A DNA stretch of 64,000 nucleotides. It comes from Candidatus Acidiferrales bacterium. Its GTDB lineage: Bacteria > Vulcanimicrobiota > Vulcanimicrobiia > Vulcanimicrobiales > Vulcanimicrobiaceae. Below are positions 1-8,854 of this stretch, piece after piece. Numbering within the stretch: the first letter of the stretch is position 1; each line of letters starts with the position of its first letter. The notes beneath the pieces are model-generated. The model worked only from the letters and a program-made list of their open reading frames with translations, searched no databases and had not been told where the DNA came from. The stretch is taken from positions 37,854 to 101,853 of the forward strand of contig DATJOG010000005.1 of assembly GCA_035507275.1 (NCBI GenBank), written 5' to 3'. Position numbers and translations under genes: made by a program.

Positions 1-95
1 GTGTCGCGCAGGTGCGCCGGCACGGCGAACTCGACCACGATGGCATCGCGCGTATCTTTGCGTACGTGACGAACCGGGAGCTTGTAGAAATCCAT
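1..95 (-). CDS. paaE: phenylacetate-CoA oxygenase reductase subunit PaaE, N-terminal fragment (continues off the window)
   Basis: Not in the ORF track because it has no stop in the window. The minus-strand ATG at 95-93 shares one nt with the paaD stop (TGATG). The translation MDFYKLPVRHVRKDTRDAIVVEFAVPAHLRD resembles PaaE N-termini, and the gene follows paaABCD. Confidence 0.55.
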   Translation of the reverse strand, partial: MDFYKLPVRHVRKDTRDAIVVEFAVPAHLRD

Positions 96-559
96 CAGTA
101 GGGCTTCACCGCGTCGAATGGCTCGCGGCAGGCTTCGCAGCGGTAGAGCGCTTTACACGGCGTCGATCCGAAGCGGCTGAGCTCGGTCGTGCGCCCGGAA
201 CCGCATCGCGGGCACACCACGCTCAAGACGACCGGGCCGAGCGTCAAATAATCAGGCGGCGCGATACCGTTTTCGGTCAGACGCGCGCGGCCGCGTGGAG
301 TGATCCAGTCGGTCGTCCATGCGGGTGCGAGGCGGCGCTCGATGCGCACGCGATCGACGCCGTGCTCGTGCAGCGCGCGCGTCACGTCGCGCTCGATGAC
401 CGCCGTTGCGGGACAGCCCGAATAGGTCGGCGTGAGCGCAACCACGACCTCGCCGCCTTCTTCATAGACGTCGCGTACGATGCCCAGATCGGTAATCGAG
501 ATCGACGGAAGCTCGGGATCGGGTACATCGTCGAGCCACGCCCAAACGCTCGCTACCAT
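95..559 (-). CDS. paaD: phenylacetate-CoA oxygenase subunit PaaD
   Basis: 154 aa. The N-terminal half is MIP18/SufT-like (PELPSISITDLGIVRDV) and the C-terminal half has a 4-Cys cluster (CPRCGS...CEAC). It sits between paaC and paaE. Confidence 0.8.
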   Translation of the reverse strand: MVASVWAWLDDVPDPELPSISITDLGIVRDVYEEGGEVVVALTPTYSGCPATAVIERDVTRALHEHGVDRVRIERRLAPAWTTDWITPRGRARLTENGIAPPDYLTLGPVVLSVVCPRCGSGRTTELSRFGSTPCKALYRCEACREPFDAVKPY

Positions 560-1302
560 GTCGCACCTGCGTACGAGCGCGGCAGCACCTGCATCTCGGC
601 AAGCATGTAGCCCAACGCCTCGCTATGACGGCCTTGCTTGCCGCCGCGCTGCATCCATCCGTCCGCCGGACGCGCGAGCGTCGCCGTTGCAAACGCAGCA
701 TCGGCGCGCTCGAGCCACGGATCGCGCAGCGACGCCGGATCGAAGCCGATGCCCGCCTCCATCATCGCGGCGTCGACCTCGTCGCCCAGAAAAAGCTCGC
801 CGGTGTAGCGCCACAACCGGTCGACCGCGTGCTGCGCGCGCTCGCGGCTGCACTCCGTCCCGTCGCCCAAACGCACCAGCCAGTCGTGGCTCCGGCGCAG
901 ATGGTAGGCCGTCTCTTTTGCCGATTTTGCCGCGATCGCGGCGATGCGCTCGTCGCGCGAGCGCGTCAGCTCCTCCCACGCGAGACTCGCCCAAAGATCG
1001 TAGAAATAGCCGCGGACGATCGTGTCGGCAAAGTTGCCGTTGGGTTGCTCGACGAGCAGCACGTTCGAGAACGCGGCGGCATCGCGGTGAAACGCGAACG
1101 CATCGGCGTCGCGGCCGAGCCCCTCGAGCTCGCCTGCGTACTCGAGCCAAAGCTTCGCCTGGCCGAAGAGATCGAGCGCGACGTTGGCAAGCGCCACATC
1201 CTCTTCCATGATCGGCGCGTGCGCGACCCAGGCGGCGCTGCGCTGTGCGAGCACGAGCGCGTTGTCGCCGAAGCGCAGCACGTACGAGATCCGCCCGCTC
1301 AT
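553..1302 (-). CDS. paaC: phenylacetate-CoA oxygenase subunit PaaC
   Basis: 249 aa with a ferritin-like PaaC pattern (YVLRFGDNALVLAQR, ALDLFGQAKLWLEYA). Its start overlaps the paaB stop as ATGA. Confidence 0.8.
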   Translation of the reverse strand: MSGRISYVLRFGDNALVLAQRSAAWVAHAPIMEEDVALANVALDLFGQAKLWLEYAGELEGLGRDADAFAFHRDAAAFSNVLLVEQPNGNFADTIVRGYFYDLWASLAWEELTRSRDERIAAIAAKSAKETAYHLRRSHDWLVRLGDGTECSRERAQHAVDRLWRYTGELFLGDEVDAAMMEAGIGFDPASLRDPWLERADAAFATATLARPADGWMQRGGKQGRHSEALGYMLAEMQVLPRSYAGATW

Positions 1303-1583
1303 AGATGCTTCACACCGTCGGGTACGCGATAGAAGGTCGCGTGCCGATAGGTCTTGTCTTCGGAGGGTTCGAAGAACGCGTCGCTCTCCGCGGGATCGGT
1401 AGCCGTAATGTCGCTCGACTTTACGACCCAGATGCTCACGCCTTCATTGCGACGCGTGTAGAGATCGCGTGCGTTCTGCAAAGCCATCTGCGCGTCAGCT
1501 GCGTGCAAACTTCCGACGTGCTTGTGCGCAAGGCCGTTCTCGCTTCGCACGAAGATCTCCCAAAGCGGCCAGTCTCTGCTCAC
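1299..1583 (-). CDS. paaB: phenylacetate-CoA oxygenase subunit PaaB
   Basis: 94 aa with the conserved PaaB signature [29 protein letters not shown]. The GTG start overlaps the paaA stop as GTGA. Confidence 0.85.
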   Translation of the reverse strand: MSRDWPLWEIFVRSENGLAHKHVGSLHAADAQMALQNARDLYTRRNEGVSIWVVKSSDITATDPAESDAFFEPSEDKTYRHATFYRVPDGVKHL

Positions 1584-2554
1584 ACCGCACGCTCCTTAGC
1601 GGCATGCTTTTCGGCATACGCCGCAGCGGCTTCGCGCACCCAGGCGCCATCGTTCCAGGCATCGTTGCGCGTCTGCATGCGCTCGCGGTTGCAGGGGCCG
1701 TCGCCCTTGACCACGCGATAGAACTCTTCCCAATCGATCGGCCCGATCTCGTAGTGCTGCGTCTCTTCGTTCCAGCGAAGGTCGGGATCGGGAATCTTCA
1801 GCCCGAGCTGCTCCGCCTGCGGAACGGTTTGATCGATGAACTTCTGACGCAGCTCGTCGTTGGTGAAGAGTTTGATCTTCCAGCGCATCGACTGCGCGTT
1901 GTGGGGCGAGGCCGAGTCCGGCGGACCGAACATCATGACCGAGGGCCACCACCAGCGGTCGAGCGCGTCCTGCGCCATCGCGTGCTGCTCCGGCGTTCCG
2001 TGCGCGAGCTTCCACATCACGTCGAAACCCTGGCGCTGATGGAAGCTCTCCTCTTTGCAGATACGAACCATCGCGCGCGCGTACGGGCCGTACGAACAGC
2101 GGGTGAGCGGAATCTGATTGATGATCGCCGCGCCGTCGACCAGCCATCCGATCGCACCAACGTCGGCCCAGGTCAACGTCGGATAATTGAAGATGCTCGA
2201 GTACTTGGCTTTGCCCGTCAGCAGCGCTTCGACCATGTCGTCGCGCGACGTGCCCAACGTTTCCGCCGCGCTGTAGAGATAGAGCCCGTGACCCGCTTCG
2301 TCTTGCACCTTCGCGAGTAGAATCAGCTTGCGCAGCAGCGACGGCGCGCGCGTGATCCAGTTTCCCTCCGGAAGCATGCCGACGATCTCGGAATGCGCGT
2401 GCTGCGAAATCTGGCGGACGAGCGTTTTGCGGTAAGCCTCCGGCATCCAGTCGTCCGGTTCGACCTTTATGCTGCGGTCGAGCCGCTCGTTGAAGGCTTC
2501 TTCGCGCTCGTCGCCCCGGCCCTCGACGATCCCGTCGCTGATCGATGTATACAT
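1580..2554 (-). CDS. paaA: phenylacetate-CoA oxygenase catalytic subunit PaaA
   Basis: 324 aa with di-iron carboxylate motifs ([29 protein letters not shown]). Its GAGGGA Shine-Dalgarno, 8 nt before the ATG, lies inside a repeat unit. Confidence 0.85.
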   Translation of the reverse strand: MYTSISDGIVEGRGDEREEAFNERLDRSIKVEPDDWMPEAYRKTLVRQISQHAHSEIVGMLPEGNWITRAPSLLRKLILLAKVQDEAGHGLYLYSAAETLGTSRDDMVEALLTGKAKYSSIFNYPTLTWADVGAIGWLVDGAAIINQIPLTRCSYGPYARAMVRICKEESFHQRQGFDVMWKLAHGTPEQHAMAQDALDRWWWPSVMMFGPPDSASPHNAQSMRWKIKLFTNDELRQKFIDQTVPQAEQLGLKIPDPDLRWNEETQHYEIGPIDWEEFYRVVKGDGPCNRERMQTRNDAWNDGAWVREAAAAYAEKHAAKERAV

Positions 2555-2560
2555 ACTATC

Positions 2561-2598
2561 CGTCCCTCGACTACCTTGCGCTACGCTCGGGATGACAA
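2561..2598. repeat. single short-variant copy of the 'TCCCTCGACTAC...CTACGCTCGGGATGACA' repeat family
   Basis: CGTCCCTCGACTAC-CTTGCG-CTACGCTCGGGATGACAA matches both ends of the units in the 26728-27253 island. It spans the paaZ stop and the paaZ-paaA spacer. Confidence 0.8.
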
Positions 2599-4644
2599 TT
2601 CGAGCGCCGGCACGTGCGCGGCCGTCGCGTTCATCGTGAGTAAATCGTAGGTTGCCACGATCTCGTCACGTTGATTGAAGACTGCAACCGACCAGCGGAC
2701 CTCGCCGTACTCGGGCTTGCGCGGTTTCTTCTCTTTCACCGTGAGCCGCACGCGCATCACGTCGCCCGGATAGACCGGGGTGAGGAAGCGCAGGTTTTCG
2801 AGACCGTAGTTCGCGAGCACGGGCCCCAACTGCGGGCGCACGAAGAGTCCCGCAGCGAACGAGAGGATCAGATAGCCGTGCGCGACGCGCCCCTCGAAGA
2901 ACGGACTCGCCTTTGCTGCCGCTTCGTCCATGTGCGCGTAAAACGCGTCGCCGGTAAAGTCTGCGAAGTGCTCGATGTCGGCAAGCGTGATCTCTCGCGA
3001 GCGCGTGTAAAACGTCTCGCCGATACGCAGTTCCTCGTAGGCGCGCTCGAAGGGATGGCCGTCCGCTTCGACTTCGCTCGCGCCCGCGTTCCAAACGCCG
3101 CTCACCGTCGCTAGGCGCTGCGGCGTCCCTTGCACCGCCGTACGCTGCATGTAATGGTAGACGCCGCGTACGCCGCCCATCTCTTCACCGCCGCCGGCGC
3201 GCCCCGGTCCACCGTGCACGAGCGGTGCGAGCGGCGAGCCGTGGCCCGTCTGTTCCTTCGCGTCGTCACGATCGACCACGAGCACACGGCCGTGGAACGG
3301 CGCGATGCCGAGCACGATCGCATCCGCGGCCGCCGCATCGTAGGAAAAGATCGAGGCAACCAGGCTGCCTTCGCCGCGATTGGCGATCTCGATCGCATCG
3401 TCGATCGAATCGTACGCCATGAGCGTCGTTACCGGGCCGAATGCCTCGATGCCGTGCACGCGCGTCGCCGCGAGCGGACGGTCGCAGCGCAGCACGATCG
3501 GCGAAAGAAAAGCGCCGGCCGTCGCGTCGGCGTCGACTAGCTGCGGCGGCGCATCGAGATCGCCGTAGACGATTTGCGCCTCCCGCGCGAGCTCTCGCAC
3601 CGCTGCGAGCACGTCCTCGCGCTGACTGCGGCTCACGAGCGCCCCCATCGTAACCTGGGCGCTGCGCGGATCGCCGAGCACGGCCTTGTCCAGGCGCGCT
3701 ACGAGTGCGCTCTGCACGCGATCGATCAGCGCGCGCGGTACGATCGCGCGGCGAATGCAGGTGCAGCGCTGACCCGCCTTGGTCGTGATCTCGCGCGCGA
3801 CTTCTTTGACGAACAGATCGAACTCCGGCGCGTCTTCGCGTACGTCGGGACCCAGGATGGCGGCGTTGAGCGAATCGCGTTCCGCGATGAAGCGCACGCT
3901 GTTCGCCGTGATCGCGGCGATGCGCTGCAGTTTGACCGCCGTGTGCGCCGAGCCGGTGAAGGAAACGACGTCTTGCCCAGTCAGCCGCTCGAGCAGATCG
4001 CCGAGCGATCCGGCGATGAACTGCACGCTGCCCTCGGGCAGAATACCCGATGCAACGATCTCTTCGAAAACGGCGTAGGCGACGTACGCGGTTTGCGTCG
4101 CCGGTTTCACGATCGCCGGAACGCCCGCGATGATCGCGGGCGCAAGCTTCTCGAGCATACCCCAGCACGGAAAATTGTACGCGTTGATGTGTACGGCGGC
4201 GCCGCGCAGCGGCGTCATGATGTGACGTCCGGCGAACGTCCCGCCCTTGGAGAGCGGCTCGACGGGCCCGTCGACCGCGACCCGCGAATCGGGAAGCTCG
4301 CGGCGCGCTTTCGACGCGAACGAGCGCAGCGTGATGATGCCGCCGTCGATATCGGTCCAACTATCCTTGCGCGTCGCTCCGGTCTCGAACGAGAGCTGAT
4401 AAAAGCGTTCCTTGCACTCATCCAGATGCGCGGCGAGACGCTTGATCGCGTCGGCGCGCTCATGGAAGGTCATCGAGCGAAGTGCCGGGCCGCCCACGTT
4501 GCGCGCGTAGTCGAGCACCCGCTGAAAATCGATGCCCGCACTCGAAACCAGCGCAACCGTACGCCCGTCTACCGCCGACGGTACTTCGGTGAACCCATCC
4601 GGAGCCTCGTACCAGGCGCCCTCGACGTAGCTGCGCAGTTTCAT
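2581..4644 (-). CDS. paaZ: bifunctional oxepin-CoA hydrolase / aldehyde dehydrogenase PaaZ (ALDH + MaoC hotdog)
   Basis: 687 aa. It has an N-terminal ALDH fold with the catalytic-Cys context [11 protein letters not shown] and a C-terminal MaoC-like dehydratase ([25 protein letters not shown]). The last five codons (LSSRA) and the TAG stop are repeat-derived. Confidence 0.85.
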   Translation of the reverse strand: MKLRSYVEGAWYEAPDGFTEVPSAVDGRTVALVSSAGIDFQRVLDYARNVGGPALRSMTFHERADAIKRLAAHLDECKERFYQLSFETGATRKDSWTDIDGGIITLRSFASKARRELPDSRVAVDGPVEPLSKGGTFAGRHIMTPLRGAAVHINAYNFPCWGMLEKLAPAIIAGVPAIVKPATQTAYVAYAVFEEIVASGILPEGSVQFIAGSLGDLLERLTGQDVVSFTGSAHTAVKLQRIAAITANSVRFIAERDSLNAAILGPDVREDAPEFDLFVKEVAREITTKAGQRCTCIRRAIVPRALIDRVQSALVARLDKAVLGDPRSAQVTMGALVSRSQREDVLAAVRELAREAQIVYGDLDAPPQLVDADATAGAFLSPIVLRCDRPLAATRVHGIEAFGPVTTLMAYDSIDDAIEIANRGEGSLVASIFSYDAAAADAIVLGIAPFHGRVLVVDRDDAKEQTGHGSPLAPLVHGGPGRAGGGEEMGGVRGVYHYMQRTAVQGTPQRLATVSGVWNAGASEVEADGHPFERAYEELRIGETFYTRSREITLADIEHFADFTGDAFYAHMDEAAAKASPFFEGRVAHGYLILSFAAGLFVRPQLGPVLANYGLENLRFLTPVYPGDVMRVRLTVKEKKPRKPEYGEVRWSVAVFNQRDEIVATYDLLTMNATAAHVPALELSSRA

Positions 4645-4656
4645 CTTCCCTCCGGC

Positions 4657-4672
4657 CCTACCGAACGGTAGG
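4657..4672. promoter_or_regulatory. perfect 7-2-7 palindrome CCTACCG-AA-CGGTAGG, candidate TetR/PaaR operator
   Basis: It lies in the 41-nt gap between the TetR stop (4686) and the paaZ ATG (4644), immediately upstream of the paaZ Shine-Dalgarno (GGAGGGAAG). A 2-nt centre cannot form a hairpin loop, so a protein-binding site is more likely than a terminator. Confidence 0.4.
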
Positions 4673-4685
4673 TCAGCACTAAATT

Positions 4686-5282
4686 CTACCCTCTCGGCGG
4701 CGGAGCGTCAATGCCGCGAAAAACGATCGCCTCGACGGCCGCCGCGATCGCGGCCGCGGAGGTCCTGCCGCCGGGCCGGTACCATTCGACGACCGAGTTC
4801 GAGGTTCCGAAGACCAGCCGTACGATCAGCGCCGCCTCGATATCCGCGCGGACGTCGCCCGCGGCCTGCGCCTCCCGCACCAGCTCGGTTACGAGCGCAT
4901 CGAAGGCGCGCCGCCGCTCCATCGCGTCGCGCTCGGTCTTCGAGTTTCCGCGCACGCGAAAGAGTACGCTGACCTCGGCCCGCATCGAGATCGTGATTTC
5001 GGCGACGCGCCGCACGATCTGTACCAAGCGTTCGCGCGCGGCGCCGTTTCGAGCAGCTGGTTCGTCGAGCACGCCGAAAAGCGCGCTCAGCGCACGGTCG
5101 AGTCCGCGCGCGAGCAGCGCCTCTTTGCTCGGAACGTGGTGATAGATGCTCGCCTTGGTAATCCCCGCGGCACGCGCCACGTCTTCCATCGACGCCGCGT
5201 CGAAACCACGCTCGGCAAAGATGCGAAAGGCCACGTCGGTGAGCGAATCGATGTCGTAGGGACGCCGCGCTTCCATAGACAA
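4686..5282 (-). CDS. TetR family transcriptional regulator (candidate PaaR)
   Basis: 198 aa with the TetR HTH FDAASMEDVARAAGITKASIYHHVPSKEALL. It lies directly upstream of paaZ on the same strand. The start is TTG at 5282 or ATG at 5276. Confidence 0.8.
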   Translation of the reverse strand: MSMEARRPYDIDSLTDVAFRIFAERGFDAASMEDVARAAGITKASIYHHVPSKEALLARGLDRALSALFGVLDEPAARNGAARERLVQIVRRVAEITISMRAEVSVLFRVRGNSKTERDAMERRRAFDALVTELVREAQAAGDVRADIEAALIVRLVFGTSNSVVEWYRPGGRTSAAAIAAAVEAIVFRGIDAPPPRG

Positions 5283-5293
5283 CGACTTCAGCC

Positions 5294-6301
5294 ATGGCTA
5301 CCACTCGTCCCCCAACGTCCGTCTCGAACGAACAACTCCTCAAGCTGCTCGAGAACATGCTCCTCCAGCGCGCGGTGGACACCCGCGGCTTCCAGCTCAA
5401 TCGCCAGGGGAAGATCGGCATTGCGATGGGATCCGAAGGGCACGAGGCGGTTCAGGCCGGCGCCGGGATGGCTTTCGAACGCGGCAAGGACGTGCTCTAT
5501 CCCTACTACCGCAACACCGGCATCACGCTCGCTTGCGGGTTCGAGCTCGAGAACATTTTCCGCTCGCAATTCGCGCGTGCGACCGACACGACGGGGGGAA
5601 AATCGATCATCAATCACGTCACCGACAAAGGCAAAGGCATCGCGTCGATCTCTTCGATTCTCGCGGCTCAGTGTCCGCACGCGGTCGGTGCGGCGTATGC
5701 GATCAAACTGCGCGGCGAGCGCGACCGGATGGTGCTCTGCCAGTTCGGCGAGGGTTCGACGAGCGAGGGGGAGTGGCACGAGTCGATCAACTTTGCGGCG
5801 GTCCATCGCGTACCGGTGGTGTTTCTGTGCGAAAACAACCAATGGGCGATCTCGACGCCGATCAGCAAGCAGATGAAGAACCCGAGCGTCGCCGCGCGCG
5901 CGCAGGGCTACGGCATCGAAGGCGTCGTGGTCGATGGATTCGATCCCGTCGCGGTCTACGATGCGGTGCGCGCCGCACGGACCAAAGCGGTAAACGGAGG
6001 CGGCGCGACCATCGTGGAGGCCATGTGTTATCGCTTTCTCTCGCACACGACCGACGACGACGAGCGCACCTACCGGACGCGCGAAGAGGTCGCGCAGCAG
6101 CGCGTCAACGATCCCGTTCCGCGTTTCGAAGAGCGCCTGATCGAAGCCGGCGTCGTCACGCGCGAACGCATCGAGGAGATGCGCAAGGAGATTGCCGCGC
6201 GCGTCAACGCCGTGACCGACGCGGTCGAGAGCGAGCCGATGCCCGACCCCTCGACGCTCTATGACGCCGTTTATGCCGGATCGCACCACGCCTGGGTCTG
6301 A
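5294..6301 (+). CDS. thiamine-diphosphate-dependent 2-oxoacid dehydrogenase E1 alpha subunit
   Basis: 335 aa with a ThDP-binding region GEGSTSEGEWHESINFAAVHRVPVVFLCENNQWAIS (GEG in place of the usual GDG). No E1-beta gene is adjacent. Confidence 0.75.
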   Translation: MATTRPPTSVSNEQLLKLLENMLLQRAVDTRGFQLNRQGKIGIAMGSEGHEAVQAGAGMAFERGKDVLYPYYRNTGITLACGFELENIFRSQFARATDTTGGKSIINHVTDKGKGIASISSILAAQCPHAVGAAYAIKLRGERDRMVLCQFGEGSTSEGEWHESINFAAVHRVPVVFLCENNQWAISTPISKQMKNPSVAARAQGYGIEGVVVDGFDPVAVYDAVRAARTKAVNGGGATIVEAMCYRFLSHTTDDDERTYRTREEVAQQRVNDPVPRFEERLIEAGVVTRERIEEMRKEIAARVNAVTDAVESEPMPDPSTLYDAVYAGSHHAWV

Positions 6302-7020
6302 TGGAACAGCGTCCGCGACCGCGCGGGTTCGGCACGATCGCGGCGGCGATCGCCGTGGCGGCGCTCAAATTCAAAGCGCTCTTCGCCGTGAGCTGGACCT
6401 TCATACTCTCGCTCGTGCTCTACGGCGCAGCCTTCGGCTGGCAGATCGGCCTGGTTCTCGTTCTCTTGATCGCCGCGCACGAACTCGGCCATTTCTTTGC
6501 TTATCGCGCGTACGGTTTGCCCGTGAAGGCGCCGGTCTTCGTGCCCTTTCTGGGCGCCTATACCGCAGGCGCGATCGCGCCAGATCTAGAGTCGGACGCC
6601 TACATCGCGCTCGCCGGACCGGTGACCGGACTGGTGCTCGCGGGCGCCTGCTACACCGTCGGCGCCGCAACCGGCGACCGCTTCTGGCTCGCCTGCGCGA
6701 ACATCGGCGCGCTCCTCAATCTCTTCAACATGATCCCCATGCTTCCGTTTGACGGCGGACGCGTCATCGGCGCCATCTGGCCGCCGCTCTGGATTCTCGG
6801 CGCGCTGCTCTTCGTCGCGGCCGCCTACGTTCTCGGCGTGCCGATCGTGCTCGTCGCGATCATCGCGCTGCTCGGCCTTCCGGCGATGCTCGCCGCCATG
6901 CGCGGCCGCGTCGATCCGCGCGCCGCGGCGATGACGAACCCGGCGCGTGCGCGCGTGGGCCTCTGGTACGTCGCGACGGTAATCGGCCTCATCGCTCTCG
7001 TTGGCAGCCGTCCGGTATGA
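6301..7020 (+). CDS. M50 family (site-2-protease-like) membrane metalloprotease
   Basis: 239 aa, polytopic. It has HELGH and a second motif NLFNMIPMLPFDGG. There is a 1-nt stop/start overlap with the E1-alpha gene. Confidence 0.75.
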   Translation: MEQRPRPRGFGTIAAAIAVAALKFKALFAVSWTFILSLVLYGAAFGWQIGLVLVLLIAAHELGHFFAYRAYGLPVKAPVFVPFLGAYTAGAIAPDLESDAYIALAGPVTGLVLAGACYTVGAATGDRFWLACANIGALLNLFNMIPMLPFDGGRVIGAIWPPLWILGALLFVAAAYVLGVPIVLVAIIALLGLPAMLAAMRGRVDPRAAAMTNPARARVGLWYVATVIGLIALVGSRPV

Positions 7021-7574
7021 GCGAGAGGCCGCCGGATTTTGCGATGCAGCGCGCGGTCGAGATCCTTGCGAGCATTTACGAGCGCGCGCAGAAGCAGCAA
7101 AACGTTCCGCCCCCGCCCGCCGACAAACCGATCTTCATGTTCAGCGAGACGCTCGCGCTCGACGTCACGAAGACGACCCGCCCCGAAGTGGAACGGCAGT
7201 TCGGCGTCGCGTTCAGCTATCCGGCGCGCGGCTGGCATACCTACGCAGTCCGCGGCGCGCAAGGCGAGCGTCTGTTCTTGAGTCTCTTCTACAGCGCAGC
7301 ACGGCTCGCAGCGGTCGAACTCTATCCGCCCAAAGTCGATCGCGCGCCGAAGCTCGAACCGCAGGACGTCCGTTTTCGGCTCGTCCCGGGCGAGATCCAG
7401 ATCGGCGTGACGATTACCTCGCTTCCGCAGCACTTCGGCCGGATGCAAGGCATGCCGACGAAACTCGGTGCGTACGAGGAGATGTTCGAAGCGCGCTTTC
7501 CCGGCGGCGCTGCGTACGCGATGGGCAACGACGGTACCATCGAACGCCTGGCTCTCTACATACTGCAATCATGA
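7017..7574 (+). CDS. hypothetical protein
   Basis: 185 aa with balanced amino-acid composition. ATGA overlaps at both ends couple it to the M50 gene and the downstream membrane protein. I recognise no motif. Confidence 0.55.
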   Translation: MSERPPDFAMQRAVEILASIYERAQKQQNVPPPPADKPIFMFSETLALDVTKTTRPEVERQFGVAFSYPARGWHTYAVRGAQGERLFLSLFYSAARLAAVELYPPKVDRAPKLEPQDVRFRLVPGEIQIGVTITSLPQHFGRMQGMPTKLGAYEEMFEARFPGGAAYAMGNDGTIERLALYILQS

Positions 7575-8854
7575 AGGCGCGCCTCGCGTGCGCCGGCTGC
7601 GCGGCTTTGCTGATCGCGGTTTCGTTCGCGCAGCTGCATCCGGCCGCGGCCTTTTCGAGCGAGCCGATGCTTTCGCCCGGCGCCATGCTGCCCTTTGCCG
7701 GCGTTCGCGCTTCGACGCCGCTTTGGCGATGGGTATCCCACGTTCCGTTCGCGCACGCGGCGCTCGCGTGGGAGGCAATCTTCGTCTTCGCGCTCCTCGG
7801 TCTCATTGCGGGAGCAGCGCTTTTCGCGCGTGTGCGCGGCCTCTTCGACATCGTTTGCGTGGCGCTCGCGGCGCTTGCGTTCGCGCCGGTTGCGAGCGCC
7901 CTCACAACCGGAGCGACCGTCATCGTAGCAGCCGCTGCTGCCGCGCTCGCGGCCGGGCTGCGCACGCTGCCCGCGCTCGGTGCGGGTTCGTTCTTGGCGT
8001 TTGCCGTCCAACCGAACGCCGCGCTCGGACTCTTTGCGTCCGTGCGGCGCGGCGGCGCACCTGCGCTCGCGTTCGCCTTCGCCGCAATCTATCTCGGGAA
8101 CGCACTGATCGCCGGCTTCGCGTGGCCGCTCTTCTACGCGCGCACTCTGGTCGCGCTCGCACGCTCCGAGGGCGGCTCGGTTCTGCAATTCACGCCGGCC
8201 GCAATCGCACAAGGTTTGGGCGCACCGCCGCTGCTCGCAGCGGCAATCGGCGTCGCGCTCGGCCTCGCGGCAGCCGCCGCCGCAGTCACGGTCGCGCTGC
8301 GAGCGCGCGACGATTGCAGCGGATTCGTCGCGGGCTGCTGCGCGCTGCCGTTCGTCTGCGGCTTCTTTCACGCGGCCGGCTTCAGCGCGCTCTTTGCAGC
8401 GTCGATCGCCTCGCTGCGCGGACGCTCGCCCGGCGCTGCGCTCTGCGCGGTCATCGCACTCGGAGCGAATTGGCAGGCTCCGCTGCTCGGCCTAGCTTTG
8501 ATCGCGGCCTGCCTCGCGCTTGCGCCGCGCATCGAGATCCGCACCCTCGCCGGGGCCGCCGCGGGAGCTTTGATCCTCACCTTCGGGTCGTGGCTCGCGA
8601 TCGCACATCCGTTGCACGAGTGGACCGATGCGGTGCGTTCGCTCAGCCTGCCGGCAAACGCGAACTCCGCCGCGCTTTGGCACATCGAACTCGCGCATTC
8701 CGGCCTGCTCGGCGCCCATCCCGCCAACGCGCTGCTGCGTCTCCTTGCGCTGGGAGGCTGCGCGCTTCTGCTGGCGACGGCAGCGCGAACTTCAGATGTC
8801 GACGTCCATCATGTTGTCGAACGGCGTGACGCTGTTGGGATGGAAGTTCTTTAA
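7571..8854 (+). CDS. polytopic Ala/Leu-rich integral membrane protein, function unknown
   Basis: The track ORF 7001..8854 is trimmed to the in-frame ATG at 7571 (MKARLACAGCAALLIAV...), which forms an ATGA overlap with the previous stop. It has many hydrophobic segments. Its 3' end overlaps the convergent SBP gene by 63 nt. Confidence 0.5.
   Translation: MKARLACAGCAALLIAVSFAQLHPAAAFSSEPMLSPGAMLPFAGVRASTPLWRWVSHVPFAHAALAWEAIFVFALLGLIAGAALFARVRGLFDIVCVALAALAFAPVASALTTGATVIVAAAAAALAAGLRTLPALGAGSFLAFAVQPNAALGLFASVRRGGAPALAFAFAAIYLGNALIAGFAWPLFYARTLVALARSEGGSVLQFTPAAIAQGLGAPPLLAAAIGVALGLAAAAAAVTVALRARDDCSGFVAGCCALPFVCGFFHAAGFSALFAASIASLRGRSPGAALCAVIALGANWQAPLLGLALIAACLALAPRIEIRTLAGAAAGALILTFGSWLAIAHPLHEWTDAVRSLSLPANANSAALWHIELAHSGLLGAHPANALLRLLALGGCALLLATAARTSDVDVHHVVERRDAVGMEVL

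Noticed and set aside
480-1211. Long alternative-frame and antisense ORFs across the window (for example 480..1211, 3266..4360, 7468..8829, 12891..14849, 25211..26968, 39433..40989, 53911..55281, 53919..55523, 58607..59959).
   Set aside because: Their translations are dominated by Arg/Ala/Gly/Pro runs, as expected from out-of-frame reading of high-GC DNA. Each overlaps a gene with clear family motifs in another frame.
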